Source of the DNA: a virus
Length of the DNA stretch: 64,000 nt
Direction: 5' to 3' (one strand)
Virus record (IMG/VR): IMGVR_UViG_3300005581_000001
Coordinates: 1-64,000 of that record
The translations under genes were made by a program, and so were the position numbers. This document shows positions 21,021-29,692 of this stretch, piece by piece (position 1 is the stretch's first letter; each line of letters starts with the position of its first letter). Under the pieces are notes generated by a model. It saw only the letters and a list, made by a program, of their open reading frames with translations, was not told where the DNA came from and did not search any database.

Positions 21021-21649
21021 TAGATATTAAAAAATTCATATATCCAATAATAATAGTAATATTATTATTTATTATATTTATTCAAAGAAGTTGTAGTAAT
21101 AAAGATTTACCTTCTGTACAAAATACGGAAGTTATAGTCCCAGCTCAACACGGCTCGTTTAACGCAGTAAAACCTGTAAAGGTACACGATACTATAATTA
21201 AAGATAGTATTGTCTTTAAAGACAAGAAAATAACTATTGTAAACCCTTTAGATAAACAACTTGTTATAGATTATTTAAAAGCTAAAGATAGTATTCAAAA
21301 ATTACATTTATTTATGAATGCTGTTAAAATTAATAAATACAAACAAAACTTTGATAATAAGGATATAAACTTAACGATAGAAGCTGAAACAACAGGGACT
21401 TTAAATTATATTAAACCAACATACACAATTAAAGAAAGAATTGTAGATGTTCCAGTTAAGGTTAAACAAACTGTATTTGCTTTATATACTGGAGTTGAAG
21501 TTTATAACAATACAACTTTAACAAATTCTGGAATAAAAATTGATTTAGGTATTCAAAACAAAAGAGGTGATATTTATACAGCTGGATACGATACTAACAA
21601 CAATGTTTTTATAGGCTATAAATTAAGATTAATTAATATAAAAAAATAA
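21017..21649 (+). CDS. Putative spanin-like protein
   Basis: ATG 21017 overlaps the endolysin TGA (ATGA); N-terminal TM followed by RSCS (possible lipobox); C-terminal amphipathic beta strands. Confidence 0.5.
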   Translation: MIDIKKFIYPIIIVILLFIIFIQRSCSNKDLPSVQNTEVIVPAQHGSFNAVKPVKVHDTIIKDSIVFKDKKITIVNPLDKQLVIDYLKAKDSIQKLHLFMNAVKINKYKQNFDNKDINLTIEAETTGTLNYIKPTYTIKERIVDVPVKVKQTVFALYTGVEVYNNTTLTNSGIKIDLGIQNKRGDIYTAGYDTNNNVFIGYKLRLINIKK

Positions 21650-21652
21650 AAT

Positions 21653-23851
21653 ATGAAAATATCGGTAAATACACTGTATAAGTATACAGATAATGAGCAA
21701 CCTAAAATATATGATTTAGGCACTATTACAACCACATTACAGGACTTGTTAGATAATTCATATATATTAATAGACTCTAAAAGAATTGTAATTTTAAAGG
21801 TTACTAGTATTGATTCGTCAGTACAACAATATTTATTAAATCTTCAAGAATACGAAGGAGATGTTGTAGATGGTCTTGGGCACAATATAGTCGAAGGTGA
21901 TTTAATTAAAATAAACGACACGTCTATTACTGGTGGATCTACAATAAATACTGCATTTATAAATAAAACTTATTTAGCTACAATGAGTGTAGCTTACGAT
22001 AGCGCAAATCCAAATTTTGAAATAGATGTAACTGGAAATCTTGATTTAACTGTTACTGGTACAACTAATGGTGATTTAGGATTAGTAAATCTATATTTCT
22101 CAGGCACACAAGTAGCTACTTTGCAAGGCTTTGCTGACTTAGTAATTACAGGGGCTACTGATATGATTCCAGTTTATTTTATTCACGACACAGATGGAAT
22201 AAAGTGGTATGACGGAAGAGAAAATCAAACTACTTCAGAAATAGTAGATGGCATAAATACGCAATTAGGAGGTACTACTTGGCAAAGTGGCGGTGGAGGT
22301 TCAGCAGTAAATTCAGATATTTACTCAAAAGAGTTGTTGCAAATTTCTAATTTAAATACAAATTCAGGATTTGTAAATGTAGATGATGGAATTAGAGCTA
22401 GCGGAAACACAAGCACATTAGGTATAAATTTTACAGCAATAGATGAAACAAAACCATTTAGAGTTGATATTATCTTTACGGTTAAAAAAGCATCAACCGC
22501 AAACTTTAAAATAAAAGTATTAAAAAGTGGAATTGGATGGCAAGGAGAAAACATTGTTGAGGTAGGAAGTTCTGTTTTGACAATGACTAAAGGACATTTA
22601 ACAAATCAAGCTTTATCTGCAATTACAGACAACTCGACTTGGCAATTTTCAATTATAGGAAATGGAACTAGAATTGTAAAATCTGTAATGCCTATTACTA
22701 CAAAATGGAGCGGAATAAGAGCAACTACATTTCAACCAGCTTTTACAGGTCAAAGTATTGTAGAAGGATTTGATTTTAATTACAATCCATCTGGGGCAGC
22801 CTTAATGTTTGATGCCATTAATAGCATTAGCGTAGAAGGAACTGGAACAAAAGAAATGATATTAAACTCTGTAAACATTCAGTACTATGACGATTTAACT
22901 ATACACGATCCTAAATCATGGGTAGGAACTGTTACTGAAGTCAAAGTACTTAATGACAATTTAGACAATACATATCCAGCATACATATACGCTCCTATTG
23001 GAACAAAAACATTAATACAATATCATCACCCTAACGGTATTGACGGTAATTTAGACTCGCAAGCGACATTTTGGAGCGATTTGTATAACGCTGGATATGC
23101 TATTTGTTACGGTACATTTAATTCATACAATAATCCAGTAGGAACGGCACTTTGGGGTGCTGGTTCAACATCTTCAAGTTGGGGTTCGCCTGCGGGTATG
23201 GTATACAGAAAAGCGTTAATGGATTATTGTGACAAATTAATAAAACCTGATAATCATATTCATATCGGAACGTCTATGGGTGGTTACAATGCTATGCTGT
23301 ATACTGCTCAATATCCAAATAAAGTTAAAGGAGTTATTAGTATATGTGGCGCATTAGATTTAACAACAAATTATGCTAATGGTTCTTTTACTTCATTAAT
23401 AAATAAAGCTTATGGAGCTATGTATAGAAACATATTATCAAGCACTGGTGTCGCTACAAGTAATGTTACTAATTGGGTTAAAATTGCTGATGAAGTAAAT
23501 AAACCATCATTAGCTGAATATGCTTATAATTTCAGAGACGCATATAGCGCTGGTTATACTTATGTTCCAGGAGACGTTACTTTTCAACCATACACAGGAG
23601 CAATAGCTGGGCTAGATTCTTACAATATATATTTAGTTGTCGGATCTTTATCTAAGATACCATTACGATTAATTCACGGAGACTCAGACGCAACAATCAA
23701 CGCCACTCAAAGCACTGCTTTTCAAACTATTATTCAAAATAAAGGAGGTCGTGTTGATTATACATCTGTAGTAGGAGGCACTCACTTAAACTCTACATTA
23801 TTTAATTATAGTACGTATTTAAGAGATTGGCTTAATAGTTTAAACCTTTAA
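21653..23851 (+). CDS. Virion-associated protein with C-terminal alpha/beta hydrolase (esterase) domain
   Basis: Nucleophile elbow HIGTSMGG, LIHGDSDATI (Asp) and GGTH (His); fibre-like N-terminal half. Confidence 0.7.
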   Translation: MKISVNTLYKYTDNEQPKIYDLGTITTTLQDLLDNSYILIDSKRIVILKVTSIDSSVQQYLLNLQEYEGDVVDGLGHNIVEGDLIKINDTSITGGSTINTAFINKTYLATMSVAYDSANPNFEIDVTGNLDLTVTGTTNGDLGLVNLYFSGTQVATLQGFADLVITGATDMIPVYFIHDTDGIKWYDGRENQTTSEIVDGINTQLGGTTWQSGGGGSAVNSDIYSKELLQISNLNTNSGFVNVDDGIRASGNTSTLGINFTAIDETKPFRVDIIFTVKKASTANFKIKVLKSGIGWQGENIVEVGSSVLTMTKGHLTNQALSAITDNSTWQFSIIGNGTRIVKSVMPITTKWSGIRATTFQPAFTGQSIVEGFDFNYNPSGAALMFDAINSISVEGTGTKEMILNSVNIQYYDDLTIHDPKSWVGTVTEVKVLNDNLDNTYPAYIYAPIGTKTLIQYHHPNGIDGNLDSQATFWSDLYNAGYAICYGTFNSYNNPVGTALWGAGSTSSSWGSPAGMVYRKALMDYCDKLIKPDNHIHIGTSMGGYNAMLYTAQYPNKVKGVISICGALDLTTNYANGSFTSLINKAYGAMYRNILSSTGVATSNVTNWVKIADEVNKPSLAEYAYNFRDAYSAGYTYVPGDVTFQPYTGAIAGLDSYNIYLVVGSLSKIPLRLIHGDSDATINATQSTAFQTIIQNKGGRVDYTSVVGGTHLNSTLFNYSTYLRDWLNSLNL

Positions 23852-23857
23852 AATAGA

Positions 23858-25963
23858 ATGAGAAACATAATATCGCAACAACAAAAAAGAAGACCTAGTA
23901 TTATAATTGTGCCTTTAAATTTTAATCAACCTGAAGAAATTAGTTATTTTGATGCTTATTTACTTCCTTATACGGAAAGAGCTAATCTTCAAACTGCTTT
24001 AAATACTTATGGGGCAGTCAAATTAGAAGCTGGTAATTATAGGGTTGGAGGAATTGCTAGTGTAAATTTAACCAGCAATATGAAATTGTACGGACATTCT
24101 TCTTACAATGAAATGCCTCCAATAAATATAACCGCTGGATCAACCAACGTTTTAGTTACAAGTGTAAAAGCGTGGTACGGGCTTAATTTTTTAAGTGGTT
24201 CTGCTATTACAAATTGTAAAATATCCAAAACAAACGGAGGGTATATTTTAGGCACAAATAGCTCTGTAGAAAACTGTGAATTTGTAGACATAATAGGAAG
24301 TAAAATTACTTTTAATAACACTTCTAGTGGGTATTTCAGAAATAATAAATTTATAAAACATTGGATAACTTCAGAATATCCTCAATTAGATTTAAAAGGA
24401 AACAACACAACTCCTAGTTATGGTAACACTTGGGCTTGGCTAAACTTGTTAACTGCACACGGTGATGCTACAGATATTGACAACTTTGGTAATCTAAACA
24501 TTATTGGTTTAGATGCAGAGGCTTGGAATTTCAACAATTTAGGCACTGGAAAAGCATTATTATATATGCGAAATATGAGCGATGTTAAATTAGGTAGTAT
24601 GGCTGGATTAGGCTACGCCACTAACTCAACTCCTGTTTTTGATATTCAAGCCAATAATTTAATGTTATTAGACAAAGAAATTTCCACTAACGGTGGAGCA
24701 AGTACTACAACAGCTAAGACGTTAACAATAGATTCTAATTCGTCACCTTACGCGGTTACTGGCGGAAACTATGATACTAGAGCGTTTTTTAATGATACTA
24801 ATTTGATTTATCAAGGATCGAACCAAACAGCATTAATAACAGGAACGCCTGCTACAAACATAGCGTCTTCTATTTTAGGTGCAGAAAGAACAAAATGGAA
24901 TAGGCATACATTCTTACCAATAGCAAATCCTACAGGTACAAATTGGAGTACTAATAGAATAGGACAATCAAGTACTAGGGCTTATATTCAAAACTTAATT
25001 GACACGCAAGGAATTGCTAATTTACCTGAAGGTATTTTCTATATTGATGCGCCTTTATTAATTAATAAAGAAGATGGTATTACAGGCGCAGGTACAGGAA
25101 AAACTGTAATTGTAGGATTGACAGATGATTTTAATTTAATAAATGTTAGAGGTGCTGGTTTAGGTTCGTTTACAATAAATTATATAACATTACAAGGAGG
25201 TAATAAAGGTGTTCATATAACTTCAGACGGTTTAGACACGTGGTTCCAGCCTAATGGAATTAATTTTAAATATGTAGTATTTAGAAATCAGGCTACTTAC
25301 GGAATAGAAGTTGCTCAAATGTATGGTATGGACAATAATATGTTTGAACAAATACATTTCTTTAACATACCAACGGCCTTTAAACAAACTCCCGACCCTG
25401 CTTGGGGGGGATTTGAAACAAATCATATGACTTACATTGACAAAACTGTATTTTACAGATGTCAAGTGATGAATTGTGGAATAGGATTTTCTTTGATAAC
25501 AGGAAGAGCAGATAATCTAAACGCTTGGATTGAGTGTAATTTTAATGGCAATACAGGAACTTCTATTATAGCAGTTAATCATAATGCACCAGTGGTCATA
25601 AATTGCGATTTTAAAAACAATTCAGGAACACGTATTATTGAAGCCACACCTACATTAGGAATGTATTCTTGTAATTTCTCAAACAACACTTCATCTAATA
25701 TAATTAAAGGAGAAGAGGTAACTATAGAAGGATGTAACTTCCTTGACGCTATTCCTTTATTTGAAACAAGCCTTACGGCACACATAGTTAATTCAACTGT
25801 AGTGGGAAGTGTAAGTAATGTGGCTAATGGTATGTTTGTAAATAGTAATATACAGTCTAATGCAGGTGTAAATTATCTATTAGTAAAAAGAGTTAGCAGC
25901 GTTAATACTATTTTACTTAACGCAACACCAACGCCTTACCCTCAACTTTTAGTAAGCCAATAA
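23858..25963 (+). CDS. Pectate lyase-like beta-helix protein (tailspike / polysaccharide depolymerase)
   Basis: Two beta-helix cap motifs (LQTALNTYGAVKLEAGNY; IQNLIDTQGIANLPEGIFYI...GAGTGKT) and Asn/Cys ladders. Confidence 0.7.
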   Translation: MRNIISQQQKRRPSIIIVPLNFNQPEEISYFDAYLLPYTERANLQTALNTYGAVKLEAGNYRVGGIASVNLTSNMKLYGHSSYNEMPPINITAGSTNVLVTSVKAWYGLNFLSGSAITNCKISKTNGGYILGTNSSVENCEFVDIIGSKITFNNTSSGYFRNNKFIKHWITSEYPQLDLKGNNTTPSYGNTWAWLNLLTAHGDATDIDNFGNLNIIGLDAEAWNFNNLGTGKALLYMRNMSDVKLGSMAGLGYATNSTPVFDIQANNLMLLDKEISTNGGASTTTAKTLTIDSNSSPYAVTGGNYDTRAFFNDTNLIYQGSNQTALITGTPATNIASSILGAERTKWNRHTFLPIANPTGTNWSTNRIGQSSTRAYIQNLIDTQGIANLPEGIFYIDAPLLINKEDGITGAGTGKTVIVGLTDDFNLINVRGAGLGSFTINYITLQGGNKGVHITSDGLDTWFQPNGINFKYVVFRNQATYGIEVAQMYGMDNNMFEQIHFFNIPTAFKQTPDPAWGGFETNHMTYIDKTVFYRCQVMNCGIGFSLITGRADNLNAWIECNFNGNTGTSIIAVNHNAPVVINCDFKNNSGTRIIEATPTLGMYSCNFSNNTSSNIIKGEEVTIEGCNFLDAIPLFETSLTAHIVNSTVVGSVSNVANGMFVNSNIQSNAGVNYLLVKRVSSVNTILLNATPTPYPQLLVSQ

Positions 25964-26016
25964 AAATAAATTATAAAATAATTGCAAAAAAATTAGGAAT
26001 TGTCAATTATTTGTTC

Positions 26017-26024
26017 TAACTTTG
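26017..26024 (+). promoter_or_regulatory. -7 promoter element for the exonuclease gene
   Basis: TAACTTTG, with TTAGGAATT upstream as also seen at 44171. Confidence 0.6.
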
Positions 26025-26049
26025 TATAAGTTTAAAAAAAAAACAATAT

Positions 26050-26985
26050 ATGGAGTTAATTGAAATTAAAGAATTTTTAAGAAGTAAAACTGGTTATTTA
26101 AAAGAAGGTTCTAAAAGATTAAGAAATCATCTTAGATTAAAAGGGTTTGAAACAACTATAGGTAATTGCAAAATAGCTTTAAGAGAAGTAAATCAAGAAA
26201 ATAGAGAGTCTATTAGTAAATTATCCTCTGTAAAAGCTAGAATATTAATATACGATATAGAAACATCACCAAATATTGGTTGGTTTTGGAGAGCTGGATT
26301 TAAGCAAAATATTTCTCCAGAGCAAATTATAAAAGAAAGAGCGATTATATGTGTATCATATAAGTGGCTTGGAGAAGATGAGGTTTATAATCTTAACTGG
26401 GACAAAGATCAATCAGATTACTTTTTAGTAGAGCAATTTATAGAAACTCTTAATGAAGCTGATTTAATAGTTGCGCACAATGGTGACAACTTTGATTTAA
26501 AATGGTTAAGAACTAGAGCTTTGTATCATAGATTAAAAATGCTTCCAAGTTATAAACAGTTTGACACATTAAAAATTGCAAGATCTAAACTATATTTAAA
26601 TTCAAATAAGTTAGACTATATATCTAAATTCTTAGGATTTGAAGGAAAGATCAAAACAGAGATTGGATTATGGATGGATATTGTCTTCAAGAACGATAGA
26701 GATGCTTTACAAAAAATGCTTGACTATTGTGACGAAGATGTAAGACAATTAGAAAACGTTTATAACGAAATTAAATTTCTTGAAAATCCATATATTCACG
26801 CAGGTGTGGCTAATGGTAAGGTTAAACAAACGTCTCCAATTAATGGTTCATTTGATATTAAACACGTCAAAGAGGTTTGTTCTAATAGAGGAACAATTAA
26901 ACATATTATGAAAGACAATGAATCTGGAAGGTTCTTTGAAATGAGTAATACAAATTATTTAAAATTTAAAGAACTTAAACAATAA
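26050..26985 (+). CDS. DEDD-family (DnaQ/RNase H-like) 3'-5' exonuclease
   Basis: ExoI YDIETSP, ExoII AHNGDNFD, ExoIII YCDED. Confidence 0.85.
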   Translation: MELIEIKEFLRSKTGYLKEGSKRLRNHLRLKGFETTIGNCKIALREVNQENRESISKLSSVKARILIYDIETSPNIGWFWRAGFKQNISPEQIIKERAIICVSYKWLGEDEVYNLNWDKDQSDYFLVEQFIETLNEADLIVAHNGDNFDLKWLRTRALYHRLKMLPSYKQFDTLKIARSKLYLNSNKLDYISKFLGFEGKIKTEIGLWMDIVFKNDRDALQKMLDYCDEDVRQLENVYNEIKFLENPYIHAGVANGKVKQTSPINGSFDIKHVKEVCSNRGTIKHIMKDNESGRFFEMSNTNYLKFKELKQ

Positions 26986-26990
26986 CACAG

Positions 26991-27035
26991 AACGCCCTCA
27001 ATCTCAATAAGTAGTTTGAGGGCGTTTTTATTTTA
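26991..27035 (+). terminator. Intrinsic terminator after the exonuclease
   Basis: AACGCCCTCAA / TTGAGGGCGTT stem with T-rich tail. Confidence 0.8.
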
Positions 27036-27041
27036 AAGCAT

Positions 27042-27749
27042 ATGAAACTCGCAAAAATGATATACGACGTTAGAGAGTCGTTAAAACTCTATACAGATGA
27101 TACTGAAATTTCAAATAGATATATAACTTATTTATTTGGAATTAAAAGATCTAAATATTTAAGACAAGATCTTAATAATTTTCAACATACTACAGATATT
27201 TCGATAACTCAAACGTTATGTTTAGGTCTTGAAGTTGTTTCTGCTAATCAATGCGGTTTAACTCTTGAATGCGACACAATATTAAGAACTAAACGTCCTA
27301 TTCCACAACCAATAGAATTACACGTTAAAACAGCAATTACAAATGTAAGGCCTACAAAGAGAATAGCAATTCCATTTAATTTTACTACAAAAGAAAAAGC
27401 TATTTATAGTAAATATTCTCCGTTTAATAATGCAATATTTGCGTTTTTAGATAACGATAAGCATATTTACTTATTAAGTAATATGGATACTTTAAATTTA
27501 TTAGAATGTTTGACCATAACAGGAGTATTTGAAGACCCTTTAGATTTGATTAATTATACAAATTGTTGTGATTGTGAAGAATCTCCTTCTTGTTTTGACG
27601 AAGATACTACAGAGTATCCATTACAGCCACATTATGTTGATTTAATTAAAGACGAAATAGTAGCTCAATTAGCTGCTAAAATGAGTATTAAAGAAGATAA
27701 AGAAAATGATTCAAACGGTAATGGTCAAGAACAAACGAACGGAAGGTAA
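27042..27749 (+). CDS. Tail ring protein
   Basis: TQTLCLGLEVV, ITGVFEDP and EYPL motifs; precedes the IHF-like gene as in crAss-like tail modules. Confidence 0.6.
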   Translation: MKLAKMIYDVRESLKLYTDDTEISNRYITYLFGIKRSKYLRQDLNNFQHTTDISITQTLCLGLEVVSANQCGLTLECDTILRTKRPIPQPIELHVKTAITNVRPTKRIAIPFNFTTKEKAIYSKYSPFNNAIFAFLDNDKHIYLLSNMDTLNLLECLTITGVFEDPLDLINYTNCCDCEESPSCFDEDTTEYPLQPHYVDLIKDEIVAQLAAKMSIKEDKENDSNGNGQEQTNGR

Positions 27750-28272
27750 GATTACTACTGATTACGGAATCAACAACTATTATAAATATTTTATTAAAAA
27801 TAATCAAGATGTTAATATAAGTGGAAGCAAATATAAAGACATAATTACTGAATTTAATAATGGAATAATAAACTTAATAATAGAGGAAGGGCTCGAATAC
27901 ACTATTCCGTACATAGGATCTACTTTATGTATAAGAAAAGATAAAAGAGTTCCAAGAATAGTAAACGGAAAATTATACAATCCATCACCTGTTGACTGGG
28001 TGGCAACAAATAAATTATGGTCTGAAGATGAAGAATCTAAAAATAAAAAATTATTAGTAAGATACTTAAATAATCACACTTCTAAATATGTTTTTAGAGT
28101 ATATTTTAAAAAGTATAATCTTTATTTTGAAAATAAAAAATTATATTCATTTAAAGTTAATAGAATATTTAGCAGATTGCTAGGTAAAAGAATAAAAGAT
28201 GAAGATAAAGAAAAATTCGATTCTTATTTATTATACAATAAAACAACAATAAACAATGATAGGAATATATAG
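27721..28272 (+). CDS. IHF/HU-like DNA-binding protein
   Basis: Basic; IPYIGSTLCIRK and VDWVAT motifs; synteny; start taken at ATG 27721 (alternative 27706). Confidence 0.55.
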   Translation: MVKNKRTEGKITTDYGINNYYKYFIKNNQDVNISGSKYKDIITEFNNGIINLIIEEGLEYTIPYIGSTLCIRKDKRVPRIVNGKLYNPSPVDWVATNKLWSEDEESKNKKLLVRYLNNHTSKYVFRVYFKKYNLYFENKKLYSFKVNRIFSRLLGKRIKDEDKEKFDSYLLYNKTTINNDRNI

Positions 28273-28924
28273 AATAATATCTCCTTCTGAAAAAATATAT
28301 ATAGGTCAAACTATAAATAGCACAAATCGTTTTAAAAAATATCATTCATTAAACTGTAAAAATCAACCAAGACTATATAATTCTTTTTTAAAATATGGAT
28401 ATTTAAATCATATTATTGAAATTATTGAAGAATGTAAAGCTGAAGAATTAAATATTAAAGAAAGATATTGGCAGGATTATTACGATGTAATAGGTGAAAA
28501 TGGTTTGAATTGCTTATTAACAAGAACAGATGTTTTACCGCAAAAAATTTCAAAAAACACTATATTAAAAATAAAGAATTCTTGTAAGAATAAAATTATT
28601 TCAGAAGAGTCGAAACTTAAAATGTCAATTACAAGAAAAGGTAAAAAACATTCTGAACAACATAGATTAGCATTAAAGGTTAAAGGAAGAAATAAAGGTA
28701 AAAAACATTCTGAAAAAACTAAATTATTAATGAGTTTATCTAAAAAAGGAAGTAAACACAGTCTTGCTAAAAAAGTAATATGTACAGAAACTAATAAAAT
28801 TTGGAATACAATTAGCGAATGTGCAAATGACAATAATTTAAAAATAACAACTCTTTATGCTAGATTATCTGGTCAAAATAAAAATAAAACAACTTTAAAA
28901 TTTTATATAAATGAAAATTATTAA
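28256..28924 (+). mobile_element. Freestanding GIY-YIG homing endonuclease with NUMOD3-type repeats
   Basis: MIGIYRI...KIYIGQT, conserved R and E, HSEKTKLLMS-type repeats, C-terminal HTH-like segment; overlaps both neighbours. Confidence 0.9.
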
Positions 28925-29669
28925 TTATGTTTCTCTTGGAAGAATTTTATGGAGAGTACTTAAAAATCCTTTAGCTTCTGAATTAAGTTACGAAGAAGCT
29001 GCTGAATACGCCTTAGAGTTTATAAGATTGCTTGGAGCTCCAGTAGTATATATAGATAAAGTGTCTCAAAATATAGTTCTTCAAAATCATAAAGCTGAAT
29101 TGCCTTGTGATATTTTAACATTAAGCGGAGTCAGATATATGGATTCAGATGAGGACGGAGTTCTTAATCACCCAATAGCAATGAGAGAATCTACTAATGT
29201 ATATCACTTTGATCCAAATGAATTTGAAAATCAAGGTAACACTGATTTTGAGTTGAGAGGAAATCATAGACGTAACGAATACACCTATTCTGTACAGAAG
29301 GGAATTCTTTTTTCTTCAATAAGAGACGGAGAAGTTCAAGTTGCGTATAGAGGTATAGCTACGGACGAAGAAGGATACCCTTTAATCCCAGATAATGAAA
29401 AAGTGTTACTTGGTATGGAGTATTATATTTTAAGCCGTTATTTAGAGCCTATGTACTTAATGGGTAAGATAACAGATAAAGCTTTTGAATATATACAACA
29501 AAAAAGATATTTTTATATGCCAAGCGCATTTACAGCGTTACAAATGCCAAGCGTAGATGGCATGGAATCTGTTATGAATTCTATAAACAGATTGATACTA
29601 TCAAATACAAGCCACGAAAGTTTCTTTAAGAAATCTAGTGAAAAAGAAAGATTAAGAAAATTCCGTTAA
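28911..29669 (+). CDS. Tail tubular / ring protein
   Basis: VAYRGIATDEEGYPLIPD motif; directly before the muzzle gene. Confidence 0.7.
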   Translation: MKIINYVSLGRILWRVLKNPLASELSYEEAAEYALEFIRLLGAPVVYIDKVSQNIVLQNHKAELPCDILTLSGVRYMDSDEDGVLNHPIAMRESTNVYHFDPNEFENQGNTDFELRGNHRRNEYTYSVQKGILFSSIRDGEVQVAYRGIATDEEGYPLIPDNEKVLLGMEYYILSRYLEPMYLMGKITDKAFEYIQQKRYFYMPSAFTALQMPSVDGMESVMNSINRLILSNTSHESFFKKSSEKERLRKFR

Positions 29670-29692
29670 TAATTTAAAAAGACATTTTGAAG

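Noticed and set aside
11644-25963. Diversity-generating retroelement or invertible fibre cassette
   Set aside because: No reverse transcriptase or recombinase in the window, and no adenine-specific TR/VR pair or inverted repeats seen by eye
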